A stretch of DNA of 64,000 nucleotides from Eledone cirrhosa (Eukaryota). Within the stretch, counting starts at the first letter, position 1; each line of letters opens with the position of its first letter. The position numbers and the translations under genes were made by a program. Positions 13,821 to 27,779 of this stretch are shown piece by piece. The notes beneath the pieces are model-generated. The model worked only from the letters and a program-made list of their open reading frames with translations. It did no database searches and was not told where the DNA came from. The stretch is taken from positions 304,420,001 through 304,484,000 of the forward strand of contig OZ024743.1 in assembly GCA_964016885.1 (NCBI GenBank), in the 5' to 3' direction.

Positions 13821-14729
13821 TAAAATTATTGAAAGAATTAATTGACCCGCGTGCATATTATTTTATTCTTTTATGTTTTGCTATGACCTCTCCTTTCCGC
13901 TTGATGGCAGTGAGAGATTTCTCATTGTGAGACTGCTGTAATTTCAAATTTGGCGGTCATTCTGGCACGGAAGGGTACCATCGCTGAACATTAATATCGG
14001 TAAGGGTTTTTTTTTATATCGATATTTGTCGGGCATCCACTGATGATTTATAAGTGCCCACCTACATATATTCCTACGGACTATGTGTAGGCTTCTACAT
14101 AACCTGGACATTATTTTCCAAATTTGTAGAAAACTTATAATGAAACGATCGTTTGGAAAGAGAGATGTATTTTAATTATGTCTCATATAAAATAATACAA
14201 CTGGCTATCCGCAAAATACGTATAGTTAGCACCCCAAACGTAAAATTGGGATTATACTAAGGTATATCCTAATGTTTGTTGAGTGAGACGGAAGCCGGTC
14301 GGAGTATTGCTTAAAGCTTTCTCTGTTAATGTATTAAATATATATATATATATGATGGTACATAAGGTTTTGTTTATCCTTTGAATGGTATAGCATAAAT
14401 ATCTATGCAGCGGAATATGGTTTATAGGTCCAGAAGAGGTCAGATGTATATCATATGAGCCAATATTGTACCAGGAAAATTATAAACTTCGGCGAGAAAG
14501 AAAATTAGGAATTATTTGCTTTAACATATATATTTGTGTCCATCATAATTGTCTACATATGCTGAATGCAATATATATTGTTCAGTCATATTCAATACTT
14601 AATTATTTATCACACTTCTTCAGAAAGCTTATAATTGTTTGTGAAAGTGACTATCCACCACGCGGTAGAATTTAGGAATAGGTATATCAAAAATATCGAT
14701 TTCATTTGTAAATAATTAACCAACAGAGT

Positions 14730-17195
14730 GGAAATATGCATCTGGACGGCCGGGTTTCGTTCGGCGACTGGAAGCTTTTCTGGAACGTCTCGTCCTTAGA
14801 CACACGCTGGAATGTTGTGGCAGGGCTGATAAGAGCGGGGTGAATGCACATGCCCCAAGAACCTGATCAATGAGTTTCAATTCTCTGACTAGATTTTCCA
14901 AAAATGCCAATGTGTACATGGACCAAACGCATAGATTCATTTAGATCGCATATAGATAGGTTTTACGTTAGGGCAGCTGATAAGGATAGTAAATGTGTTC
15001 CACATTTCCGAACAGTCACTTATTTAAATCCCAAAATGTTGAAATGCATGTAGACTAGGGATTAATTATTGGAAGCTAAACGTGACATTCCTGGTAATTG
15101 AAGCATACAGGGACCGAGTTACCAATATAGTTAAGTGCATGTTGTCAGGGGAATTCGACAACAACAAGTGGTGGGGGTGCTCTCAAGAAAGAGTTTAGAG
15201 TAGTTTCAATAGGATTTATTAAATACATATTATTAGAAAAAATAGAAAGCTTGGGAAGCTGGCAATTAAATTAAATGATGTGATTAGAAGTGGCATTGCA
15301 ACTGACGTGCTGGTGGCGCGAAAGGCATTAGACCATTATTCAATGCGAAACACGATGGTTGCATTGTCAGAGCTAAGGCACGTGTTCTATGAAATGAGGG
15401 AACGAAAGCTATTCGATGGGCCCGTGTGGCCGAGGCGCAGCGTGCTAACAAAACCACGATTCAGTCTTTGTGGGACCGAGACGAACGCGTGCTGAACGAT
15501 TCTAGACAGATGTATGTTACATTTCTCGAGGATTACCTCCGTTGTTCTAAGCAAAAGGGGAGTTGGAGATGGTGGCGGACTTCAGTTCCTACCTCGATGT
15601 TCTGTTGCATCTCTCGCTAGCTGATACTGAGTGAGTGCTGCTAACAGATGATAACATCTGCCTAAATTCCTGATGATTTGTGGTCTGCATGAAGCCCAAG
15701 TCACGCGGTTTCGATGGTTTCACCTACGAGTTTTACGTAAATATGACAGATTTGCTCATCAATTTCCTCGAGGTAGTCTAATGCAACTGGCAGCAGAACC
15801 GGAGTATTCCTAGTTCTCTGAACCGGGGTGTAGCAACGCTGATAGGGAAATACGAGAACAAGAGAGACATATTGGACAATTTCAGACCCATAACTCGGTG
15901 AAAAACAGCGTTTAATATTTTAGCCAAGGTGTTAGCGAAGTGGTCGGCGCTTGTGCTATGCAGACCATGTCCATTCACGACAACATCCACCACATGTGAT
16001 ATCTCATTGAGAGAGTAGGATGTAAACATGTCTTCGGTGCCATTATGGTCAATTTAGATCAATCGACTGCTTTCGATAAGGTGGACTATCGATACCTGGA
16101 GGCTGTCCTCAAGTTAGCTGGCTTCGGTTCCGCCTTCATAGGCTGGATCACTGCAATACACTGCAGCATCTGCTCAGTGGACAAATAAATAGTCACTTTT
16201 CGGAAGATGTGGTTATTGCAGGACATCCCACTAGAACAGAGACGTAGGATGGCTGTTTCAGCATATGCGGATGACATCACCGTCACGTTATCGAACGCCT
16301 CGGAAATCGAGGAGATCTGCACCTTTTTAGATTAATATAAAATGTGGCTGGAGCAAACCTGAACCCAGAAATCTCGGTGGGTTTGCAGCTCGGCACATTG
16401 GGAGGCAAATCCCTGCCGTTAAGCAGTGTCGTGGGACACTGGACGGACAGGTAAGATTGTTATGAGTGTGGTTCAGCCCAGACATCCATGTGGATAAGAA
16501 CTGGGCAAGACTTGGATAATGATTCGCAAACATACGATGAGGCTACGGTATCTTCAAATATTCTGGAACTGTGAACAGTTGTGGAAGTCTCGTTGACTGG
16601 GATAAGAAGAGACTGAGACTGGGTGCCTTGCATCTGGACTGTTGCCAGGCGTTTACTATCATCTATATGGTGGGAAATGCGATCAGTGTAAATTCGAATA
16701 TAGTGTTCTTTAGAGGATTGGTGGTGGGCAAGCACGACGACGCTTTTGGAAAGGCTCTGGCCCGGAGGAAATCGAACAAATTAATCTGTTCCGGAGAGCT
16801 TTCGAACTGGGGACCATGGATGTATTTCCAGATAGCCCTCACTTGACAGTGCTACCGGGTGGCACTGCAGGTTCGAGATAAACTGTCCATGCACAGAAAT
16901 GCGATCAGACAGACCTGTCCGAGATGCGTCCAGAACGAAGAAACCGTTCTGCACGCACTCGTTCATTGTCCGTGCATTACTGGCTTTTGAAGTTATGTCG
17001 AACGGCTGTTCTTGCGTATTGGACGGATCCAGCTATCAACCGAGTACATAATGAGGATCGTTTCGCCGCCTGGGGGGGACGGGAAGTTTTCCTCTGCTAG
17101 GTGGTTGTAGCAAAACAGGTTGTGAGGGTGACGTGCCTGAAAGGACTGAAGAGAGACACCATTCTCTTCAGTCAATCGCTCATCAACCACCTTTT
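14730..17195 (+). pseudogene. Old degenerate Tx1/L1-like LINE ORF2 (APE-RT), related to 58346-64000
   Basis: KTTIQSLWDRDERVLNDSRQM vs KSTIRSLKDQNGRVIREPKQM; NFRPIT; NLDQSTAFDKV; SAYADDIT at about 16260; many stops. Confidence 0.85.
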
Positions 17196-17771
17196 GAAGC
17201 TGAATGTATGTTTAATATTTATATATGATGATTTATTTCAACCGTAAAGAATAATAGTAACACTTTTAATCCATCTGTAATTATAACCTAATTATATCAA
17301 CTATAATTTCATTTCAATGAACCCTTTTTTTAATTGACATTTAATAACGATTAGTCTCCCTTTCATCATATTTATGTCCCTTGCTATATTTACTTTTTCC
17401 GGTTATGTCAATACGCTGAAATTAACGTGCTTAATATGTTTCTTTGAATAATATTTAGTTGTTCCGACTTAATCCTACTTTTGATAATTAGTATGGTATG
17501 TGTTTCATGTTTTTTTTATAGTATCCTCCATTAGTAGCATGTATTTTTGAATTTTATATTTATATTGTTTTTGTGTTCTGAAGATGAGGTCCGATCGTAG
17601 TTCGGTTTTTATATCAACTGAACCTATCGATTCAAAAATTGATAGGTTTTATTTTTATGGATGGTATTATGGTCTGGCCTTTGAAACAATTGTAAACCAA
17701 TAAATATTTTTTCAAGAATTTGGTTGCGTATTGCCTACTATAATTTATATATGTATATATATATACATATT

Positions 17772-17854
<83 letters not shown>

Positions 17855-17855
<1 letters not shown>

Positions 17856-17952
17856 ACAAAGAAGATGTGGTAAGATACCAGGTGGACCATAACGAGGATC
17901 TAGCTGTCGGAACGGCCGGAACTCAGCCTTCGGAGTCCTAACTCGTTCTTCC
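17855..17952. repeat. About 95-bp rearranged pLTR remnant of the 5087-5273 family between (TA)n tracts
   Basis: 17855-17894 resembles the reverse complement of 5235-5273; 17897-17950 resembles 5145-5194 in forward orientation. Confidence 0.6.
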
Positions 17953-19379
17953 ATATATATATATATACAACTTTGTTTTATATTACGATACGCTACTGCT
18001 ATCGCTAACATAATTTATAGAATAAACAGAGCACAACCCTTAAGGTATGAATAGATACCCTCTGAATTTCATCAAGGCATCTTATGCCTTCATATAATCT
18101 GCATCCTTGTGCGAAAAATGTACCTTTGCGAAAGCACTGAAAGTACCTTTGAGTGCCAAATATGTCTGCAATTATCTCATGTTTTTGAGATGATGCAAAA
18201 GGACGCATGTCAACATGGAAGCGAAGCCATATGTGTTCGTAGTATATTAAACTGGTACCTATTTGCATTCTATTCCTTGCATTTTACACAAAATCGAAAG
18301 ATATCTCCCTTTCAAATTACGCTTTATTCTTTCTTTTTTTTTTCCATTACTCCGTACAAACCGTTCATCGATCTTTGTTGACAACTCGAAAACTATATAC
18401 TTCATACAGTTTCAGTTGATATGGTCCCCTTTTTTTATATCTTACTCAGTTTGTACCGAGTCGATTGGGTGATTAAAATGTTTTCCCCTTTTTGATCATC
18501 TATCCCCTACTCATCATTGCAAATCTATGAGATGTTACTATGGAACGTACTCGAGAAAGCGAGGCCAGATCTTCGGTTTTACAAGTACGGGTCAATTTAT
18601 TTCACTATCCTCAGATTTGCACTTCTAGTTCTTTAGAAAGAGTGCGTTCCGTGACTTACTGTCTTTTGTGCTACCTTTTGCGATTTGCTTTCACACATTC
18701 TCTGCTGTTTAATCTTCTTTGGAAAGAAAGAAATGTAGCAGTCGAAAGTTTTGTGCTGAATATTGAATGACCGATTCACGCTTCAACCACAATAGGATAA
18801 ACCTCATGCATACATCTGTGAAGTTCAGTTTTTATCATGATCCGCATGACAATGCAAGCGCCATCTGACATGTGAAATGTGTCACCTCGGTGCACAGCAG
18901 CTGCCCACATAAATATGTCTTTCATATTATTAAATTAGTACGAGGTTTTGAAGACAAAGCACTCGTTTGATATGTCGTTCAGTATGAACTTATTCACCTC
19001 AGAAAGACATATCTCATTAGTTAATCCGCTTTTCTGAAATTCAACTCCGATTCCAGGGTTTCTAGAATCAATACGGTCCTCACCGGTTGATAATTCAGAA
19101 TGGGATTCAAGTGACTAAGACACCGTCTTCAATAATATATTTGATTATTGGAAATAACAAGCACAGCTTACTTGGTTTTGATGACGTCACTCGCTGTAGC
19201 GTCGCAAGAAACATGTACAAATGAGAGGCATAATGTATTGCATACTCACTTCATGTTTGGTTTCTTTACTTCATTCAAAGTTTGTGTAATATTTTCAGTG
19301 TTACCGTAGATGTTTTAATTCCTCCAATGCCTCTTTAAATTCCTTGCATCAACTTCATTAATTCTGGTTGTCTTTAAGA

Positions 19380-19850
19380 CAGCTCAGCATAAAATAACTC
19401 TCAGCAATTATATCGGTATTAACTACTCATAATTGCACATTCATATTGTGAAAATATACCTCCCATATGAAATAGTTATATTAAGCCCTGATCTGCTAAA
19501 TTCTCGTATTAATCATCTTCACTATCTGCATGTACAGCTTTTAAATCTCTGAAACTGTTGCGAGACATTTCTTGTACAAAACCAATGCTTGTGATCATAT
19601 TACACTGTTTTTGATTCCCCCCAAAATTTAATCATAAACCTCAGCGTTAGTTAATATGTGTAGCTTTTGTCAAGACAGGGTTTTGTTTAATGTTGAATTA
19701 AATTCATTTTGTCGTGCGCAAATGTTTCAATCGTTGACTCTCTAATGCCTAATGTATTTCCAATGTTCGTTGGCATTTCACCTGCCTGCAATCATTTGGT
19801 TATTTCTATTGTGGTCATTTCCCATCACTTTGAAACATAACCCTAACATG
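19380..19850 (-). pseudogene. Tigger/pogo (CENP-B-type HTH) transposase N-terminal remnant
   Basis: EITK*LQAGEMPTNIGNTLGIRESTIETFAHDK (psq-type HTH), then VQEMSRNSFRDLK and FHNMNV..NTDIIAES resembling IQEKARSLF..LK and LHN.K..GESASAD..AAE. Confidence 0.55.
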
Positions 19851-20939
19851 CATTCGATTTACGATATGTTGGCATGATTACGAGGGTTAACAGGAAGCTT
19901 TTAGGCAGATTAACCCAAATTATACATGTGGGAATGGGCAATGGTTTGATGTGCACTGCAAAATATTCATGTCGTTCGTTATTACTAACCAATATATGTA
20001 ACTTGAAATTTAATAGGATTTCATTATTCATTTATTTACTATTTTATTTTTTTAATTGTTTATATATTTTCTTCTCATGATTATTTTTCATATAATAGGT
20101 TTTATGGATATTTTGGTAATTATAAATATTCATACGGTCGATCTTCATAGGGTTGTAAGCTCAAATATTATCAGAATATATAGCACTATTAACACAGATA
20201 ATGCTACGTGCAAACAATTATAACCTCCCTGCTTGATCCGTTTAGGAATGTTAAATCAGGTGTCCATGATTCTTTACCATCATCATGGATCTTTACGACC
20301 ACAGTCAAACACATTATGAACACGGCACTAGAAAGATAATTCTGATTGTGAATAGGAAGCGAAAAAATCGTTAATACATACATATTGGAAACAATGCGAA
20401 AACCACTACCGAGGGAATAAGAAAAATCCTTAACAAAAATGATGAAACTGAAGCACAGTTGTAGTGTCACTATATCCGTACATATAGATTCACACAGACA
20501 CATGCGTGTGTGTATGATAGTGCAAATATGTGTGTCTGCGTCGGCCTATATATATATGTATATGTTAGTTTTTCGTAAAACTTCAGAAACGTAGGGTTTT
20601 AATTGTATGTTCACGTATTGCAAACTGCTACAACGCAGGTATAACTATAAAATAGTTTAACAAAATAGGTATACAAGCTCTAAAGAGGGATGAATGGAGA
20701 CGAAATCACCGAGAGGAAAGTAACTAAGCAGCTGTATTACTATTGTATAAGAGCGAGACTGGACATTTACTAGCTATGTTTAAGCCTCAGCCTTTTTCCA
20801 GGAGGTGTAAACAAGTTTTTCTTTACGAAACATTGAGAAAATTTGAATTTGGGTAGTCTGTCACCTGACTGTAGCGCGTATTTTCTGGTTAAGTATATGT
20901 AGCAACATGCAATAAAAGTATACATATATGGATGTATTC

Positions 20940-20970
<31 letters not shown>

Positions 20971-21422
20971 ATCTGAGTTTTTCGAATATTAATAATAACA
21001 TTCGATTCATTTACAATTATGCAAACAAGCCTCATTTTTAAAGCATTGTCAGTAGAATTAACCTTTCATTCTTGCTCTTGTGTTAGAATGTAAACATAAC
21101 TGCAGACACTAATGTTTCTGGGTATCACCCTTTATCAGTAGAGCTCACTGTTCACCTGAGCTAGTAAAAATATATCCTATTTTCTAAAATATAGAGTGAT
21201 TAATGGGCCTGATTTGCATATTAGCAGACTGGCTGATCAGTCGGATCTGCATATTAGCAGATCAACTAATAAGCCAGATTTGCATATCAGCAGACTGGCC
21301 AGTCAGTTTCCTGTATACGAGCGATAAATGGCCGGCTTTGCCACATTCAAATAAAACAAAGATGTTCACACTACATGGCTGAATACAATAAATGTAATCT
21401 GAGTTTTTCGAATATTAATAAT

Positions 21423-21606
21423 TGTTTCTACTTTAGGCACAAGGCCAGCAATTACCCAGTGCATTATTGGTACTTTATTTTATCTACCCCGTAAGGATGA
21501 AAGGCAAAGTCAACCTTGGCGGGATTTGAACTCAGATCGTAAAGGGACGTAACTATGCTGGAAAGTATGGCGTCCGACCCTCTACCGATACTGCCAATCC
21601 ACCACC
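21423..21606 (-). mobile_element. tRNA-derived SINE with TSD ttttcgaatattaataa
   Basis: Family match; TSD at about 21405-21421 and 21608-21624. Confidence 0.9.
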
Positions 21607-21851
21607 CTTTTCGAATATTAATAACATTTGATTCGTTTGCAATTATGCAAGGCTGATCAGTCATTGTAAATTTAAAAAAAAAAGCATATATTTGGCAGAT
21701 GAACAGTGAGTTATGCTGTTGAAGGGTGATACCCAGAAACATTAGTGTCTGCATTTCTGTTTACATGCCAACACAAGAGCAAGAAGGGTTCATTCTACTT
21801 ACATGACTTTAAAAATGAGGCGTCTTTGCATAATTGCAAACGAATCGGACC

Positions 21852-21953
21852 CGTTGAGGTTGACTTTGCCTTTCATCCTTACGGGGTCGATAAAATAAAG
21901 TACCAGTAATGCACTGGGTAATTGCTGGCCTTGTGCCTAAAGTAGAGACAATT
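21852..21953 (+). mobile_element. Partial SINE (3' half)
   Basis: gaggttgactttgcctttcatcc...tgtgcctaaagtagagacaatt. Confidence 0.85.
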
Positions 21954-22711
21954 ATTGATATTCGAAAAACTCAGATTACATTTATTGTATTCAGCCCTGT
22001 AGAGCGAAAATGTATATATATATATATATATAATGTGTGTGTGCATGTGTATATGTGCGAGATTGTTTATGGGTGAAAATGTGCGTGTGCATTTGGATTT
22101 ACGAATGAGAGTAAAAATAATGGATAAGTGAAGAGTGTATTGTTGCAAACCGGCGTTCCCCACTGCCGCTTCTGGCTATTTCTCTTTTATGTTGTTCTAT
22201 ATCTGGGATTTAGACTCAGGGTTTTTTTTTTTTTTTTTTTTTGAGGGGGAATTAATCGGCATTTGGTCAGATATAGCGATGCGTATTAGCTTCATATTTC
22301 TAGCATTACTAGCTGAAATACCAGTGGCTATGCAGATAATGAGGAGTTTGTACGATGATCAGTTTGACAGGGATGTACATATAACTGTTAAAGATATTCT
22401 TAATAGCTTAGTTGAAAGTTCTCGATTGCATTGCACTGTGATTGGGTTGTTTTCTTATTTGCATCAGTAAAAGCGATGGAAATATAAACACTTGTTTCGT
22501 GTTAATATCCTAAAAGTTGGCATGGGGGTGTTTTGCTTTTCAGATTGATTGGGTAATTAGGTCTCGGTTAGTGGCGAAGTGTAACCTGGAAAGCAGGGCA
22601 TGCAGTCCAATCGCCATGGCGGAAAGTGGGGCTGTGCAGCCTTAACCCCACTCCAATTCCCTCTAAATAACCCTCCCGGTCAAAGCCGCATGTAGTGTTA
22701 TCTAGTGTGTG

Positions 22712-23050
<339 letters not shown>

Positions 23051-23112
23051 GACGCAATTAATAAACTCAAGATTCTATAACGCATGCACGGACCCTTCGC
23101 CCCTGTCGTATA

Positions 23113-23494
23113 GGCGTGTGGCTGAGTTGTTAGGGAATTGGATTCGCAATCCTGAGGTTATGAGTTCGATTCCCGCACCGGGCGATGCGTTATGTCTTTG
23201 AGCAAGACACTTTATTTCACATTGCCCCTTCTACCTGGGGTTGCGACCGATAGATAGTATTAGCAATTGGAAAGACCAAGGGAAACATTGTTCCTTCGGT
23301 AAGATTTGACGAAAGTCGATCGTTCCTAAAAAAAAAATACATAAAAATGTTCGCAATATCAAGTGGGGCCCAAATTGTCGACTTCATCGCGGTGGGCCCT
23401 GGAAACTGATCACTGATTTCTGATCCCCGATCAGGTGACTGACAACAACTTAAGGCGGCAAGAGGTTCATACGCAAGAAGAAGAAGAAGAAGAA
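23113..23494 (+). mobile_element. Second tRNA-derived SINE family (CORE-like); may extend to the (GAA)n tail
   Basis: A-box tggctgagttgt, B-box gagttcgattcc, CORE-like tgtctttgagcaagacacttt; (gaa)n at 23475-23494. The 3' boundary is uncertain. Confidence 0.65.
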
Positions 23495-24062
23495 GGCGTT
23501 GTCAATATTGAAAGCAGCTTAATAAGATACACAGTTTAGTATGAAGCAAAATTGCTGTAGTTACAAATCGTTGGAGATGTTCGCTATGCATGGGGCTGGT
23601 TTTATTCCATCTCTCCATCGACGTGGCAAAGATTTCGGTGAATACTTAATTTTTTCGTTATTTTCTTTGAGATATTTCACTCAATTCAAGATAACGATTG
23701 AAATATTTTCAATTCAATTCTTTGCTAAACCACATTAGAAATGCATACAAATCGCACAATACATCTATCTTAAATAGAATATTTTGTGACAGTTAATAAG
23801 TAATCTACAGAGAAGTTGAGTTCTAAACGGAAGTGTGTATTAATAATGTAGGTTGCCTACCAACGTTAATATGCATTATCACATTCATCTCCCTCCATAT
23901 TCTCGTAGCCATCGTCACGAACAAGGTCCTTATCATCATGAGCATTATAATTATTTTCATCATAATCATAATCATCATCATCAACATCGTTGTTAACGTT
24001 GCCGTCTTCTTCGTCCATGATATTCACATCATCATCGTTGACATCATCATCAACAGCAACAT

Positions 24063-24243
24063 TTGGCAGTATCGGTAGAGAGTCGGACGCCATGCTTTCC
24101 AGCATAGTTACGTCCCTTTACGATCTGAGTTCAAATCCCGCCGAGGTTGACTTTGCCTTTCATCCTTACGGGGTCGATAAAATAAAGTAGCAGTAATGCA
24201 CTGGATAATTGCTGGCCTTGTGCCTAAAGTAGAAACAATTATT
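24063..24243 (+). mobile_element. tRNA-derived SINE
   Basis: Family match ttggcagtatcggtagag...agtagaaacaattatt. Confidence 0.9.
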
Positions 24244-24434
24244 GTTGATATCATATTCACAATCATTTACAACTTTATTTTCCATACTCTTTTCATTTAA
24301 TTACTTTCGCTTCTATCTCGACTTCTGCAAAAAATTTTTGATAATTCCCCTTTCACTTGTTTCATGATTTCTGCCTATATGGTTGATTCTATATACATCA
24401 GCACGCATTCAAATGTTGTTGTTAAATGGACATT

Positions 24435-24480
<46 letters not shown>

Positions 24481-24483
<3 letters not shown>

Positions 24484-24593
24484 GTTTCTACTTTTGGCAC
24501 AAGGCCAGCAATTATCCCAGTCTATTGCTGGTAATTTATTTTATCGACTCCGTAAGGATGAAAAGCAAATTTAACCTCGATGGGATTTGAACT
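24481..24593 (-). mobile_element. 5'-truncated SINE
   Basis: attgtttctacttttggcacaaggcc...gggatttgaactc. Confidence 0.85.
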
Positions 24594-25722
24594 CCTAATA
24601 GTAGAACACTGGAGGGTTATATCCGTAGTAGGGGAGCACTCAGTCAATGGGACGAGTTTGGTAGAAGTAGTTGCACAAACATTCAGTTCACAATACCGAG
24701 AACAAATGTTTCACCTTATTCGGATCCTCGGCTCGGTCTGTGGAAGTACTTCCATATATATATATATATATATGTGGAACTACTTCCATATGTATATTGT
24801 TATATTTGGCGAGGGAAATATATATATACTCAAACATCTATATGAGTATGTATTTATTCATGTATATCTATGTCAATATGTATGTATATATACATGAAAG
24901 AGTCGGTCCCGACTCTTTCATATTGCCACACTCTACTTCCTCAAGTATTGAGTACCCTGGTGAGTATTGGTCTAACCAATTTTTACCGCATCAATTTTGA
25001 TTTATGTATATATGTGTACGTGTGTGTGTGTGTGTGTGTATTTTATGTACATGTATGAGGGCATATTAGGAAATTAGAGTCAGAGAGAGCGGAACTACGT
25101 ATTTTAGTGTATTTCAATTCCAAATTCCTATTGTTAACATATTTATTTTAACTCCTGTGTTAAAGCTTTTATACATGTTAAAGGAACGTTATTTAACGTA
25201 CTTTTTTTTAATATGTTCTTGTGGTTGCATAATTTTGCTATTCGATCTTCTTGTTTGTAGTTCATAAAAAATGTTGAAGGTATAATTAAATTAAATTTGT
25301 CAAATTCAGAAAACTCGATTTGCGCGAGTTTATTATGTCTGAATATTATGAGTTCAAATTGACTTTGATATTCATACGTACAGGCTCGATAATATACGTA
25401 CAAGGTAAGAAAGATCCCTGGATGGAGTCACCGTTACAATTTCCGTAGTCTTATTTACATTAAGTTTTTTCGCTGGTTTCTATTATGGATACTCTCAATG
25501 TTTTGATTTTGTGATTTTCTTTTACGATTGTACTTTTGTATACTTCTCTTTACTGATACGATTTTATTGTTTTTCATAATGTATGACTCGTCAAATTTTC
25601 TAATTCAAATCTCATACAAATAAACTAATGAGTTGTCGTAATATGTGTTATGGTTGCTTTTTTAAATATTGAGTTCGAAAATGGTTTCTTTCAAGCGAAA
25701 ACATTATCATTATAATTAAGTA

Positions 25723-26355
25723 TAGGCAGTCGAGCGTCGGACAACGTGCTTTGTGGCATAGAGATTCGTCCCCTTACATTCTGAGTTCCAATCCCGCCGA
25801 AGTTAGCTTTACCTTTCAACTTTAGGGATCGATAAAATAAAGCACCAGTACTGCGCTGGGGTCTATTTAATTGACATGCCCCTCCCCAAAGAATGTTTGG
25901 GGTAGTGCCTAAATCAGAAACCCTTATCATTCTAGATTGCCAGTATCAATAAAGTGTTGGCAGCATGCTTTGTGGCAGATGGGTATATCGCTCTATGTTC
26001 TGAGTTCAAATTTAGCTGAGGATAGCTTTGCCTTTCATCCTTGTGAGATGGATAAAAGAAAGTACCAGTAACGCAGAGTGGTCGATTTAGTCGACTTCCT
26101 CTCCCGTGAAACTGTTGTCCTCGTGCCTAGAGTAGAAATCATTATTATTATGGATTGCCAGTAACGGCAGTGTGTCGGGCTGCATGATTTGTGGTATATA
26201 ATTATGTCCCTTTACGTTCTGAGTTCAAATCCCGCCGAGGTTAATTTGCCTTTCATCCTTACGGGATAAATAAAATAAACGAGCAGTTATGGATCAATTT
26301 AATCGACTTTCCCTTCCACCAAAATTGTTGGCCTACCTAAACAGAAACCATTATT
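25723..26355 (+). mobile_element. Three head-to-tail older SINE copies
   Basis: Three units each with ctgagttc.aat, cctttca.c.tt and a gccta tail, starting at about 25723, 25935 and 26152. Confidence 0.8.
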
Positions 26356-27108
26356 GCTATTTATTAATGCTGATATTTTTAATTGTGTTTTACTATTAAA
26401 AACGTAGCATCGTGTTGGTAAATCTCTTAAGTATGGAGAAAGATTCAACTGAAAATTCCCTCCTTAATTCCTTAGCATGGGCATTATATAGCCATTTAAA
26501 TGCAGCAATATTTACGGCATGAATCTAATGTAAGAAGGTCAACTCTCTTAAGAAATGAATACAGTAATTTCGTTTTGAAAAAACATGAATTTCACAACTT
26601 AAGCTCTTAAAATTTTGCATGGATTTTGCATGAATTAAATATTAAATAATGTTCCATTATCCATTTGCTTAAGACTTTAGAGAATTACAAGTAAATCATG
26701 AAATCATAAAATCAAAATGAATGAAAGAAACCATAGAACAACAACAGAGGCTTGGGACACAACTTCCTTTCACATTAACCTGCTGGTATGATAGCATAAA
26801 TTACAAGCAAGTAATGTATATTATACGGGATATAATCATATATATTGACCCCCTGTAAGATATATTTACTAGTTACTAGAAATTTGACATATACTGGGAA
26901 ATATGTCGTTGATGTAAAGCTATTCAGAATTTATCAAAAGCACCTTTAGGTAATCTGTTTCCTAAAACAATCATTTATTTTTGTATACACCAATAAATTA
27001 TTTGAACGTCTTGGATTTGAAAACTGAATTGTTCATTTGTCGTACACTTACGCGTATGTGTATATGTCAATATACACACACACACACACAACACACACAC
27101 ACACACAC

Positions 27109-27202
<94 letters not shown>

Positions 27203-27224
27203 CACACACATATAAATATGTATA

Positions 27225-27380
27225 TAGTTATATTTGGGGATGGTCATGTTGCCTTTATTGCCAATAGAAAAACACAACAAGCACCATATTGGCAATATTA
27301 GCAACATGTCCATTCCCAAATATAACAATATCGGTTTCAACACACGATTTCATATAAAGAACCTCGCAGAACAAATTCAT
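27225..27380. repeat. Short pLTR-like fold-back family (also 31205-31300 and 51975-52095)
   Basis: gttatatttgggga.ggtcatgttgc / gcaacatgtccattcccaaatataac inverted pair; shared gaaatcgtgtgttgaaaccgatattg resembles a hammerhead 3' half. Confidence 0.65.
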
Positions 27381-27444
27381 GCACACACACGTAGACACAC
27401 ACACACACACACACACGCACACTCACACACTCACACACGCAAAC

Positions 27445-27477
<33 letters not shown>

Positions 27478-27647
27478 TATATATAAGAAGAAGGGATATT
27501 TAATTTGTTGGTAATTCAACAAATATAAATGTTTATAACTGATTCAGACCACTCGACAAGATTTTGGGGGTAAATACTATCCAAGTGAAATTCAACTGAT
27601 AAGGTATGTTCTTTGGCTATGTCAAAATATATAAAACACACTTTGTA

Positions 27648-27705
27648 TTTTATCTGATGAAAGCGTACCAAAGTTTTTGGTACGCTTGTAATATATATAA
27701 TATAA
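27648..27705 (+). ncRNA. Degenerate hammerhead (GAAA reads GTAA); relative at 34558-34614 (-) keeps GAAA
   Basis: tat-CTGATGA-aagcgtaccaaa(gtt)tttggtacgctt-GTAA-tatata-TA-ata; flanks are homologous to 34515-34650. Confidence 0.55.
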
Positions 27706-27779
27706 TATTTATTGTTTTATAAATATAGTTTCCATTTATTTAATATCATTATACATATAGGAACACGTGTAACCCTGTA

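Larger units (their letters stand above)
20971..22000. repeat. Complex inverted and direct duplication containing SINE copies
   Basis: 21004-21158 is inverted at 21695-21846; 20971-21023 is repeated at 21397-21650 around a SINE; 21371-21520 is inverted at 21852-22002. Confidence 0.8.

Noticed and set aside
14255-14315. gaagccggtc with atact/agtat flanks, a possible decayed hammerhead (similar partial motifs near 20765-20810 and 52255-52285)
   Set aside because: The 5' core is missing or too degenerate to call.
17575-17650. CTGAAGA followed by hairpins, a possible hammerhead
   Set aside because: No GAAA or convincing stem I and III closure; at best heavily decayed.
18950-19060. Minus-strand GVEFQKSGL resembling the Helitron Rep motif EFQKRGLPH
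   Set aside because: The HUH histidines and other Rep motifs are absent; probably chance or part of the decayed transposon nearby.
23113-23185. tRNA gene candidates (also 34296-34374 and about 6300-6365)
   Set aside because: Cloverleaf pairing is incomplete and they sit in repeat context, so they are treated as tRNA-derived repeats.
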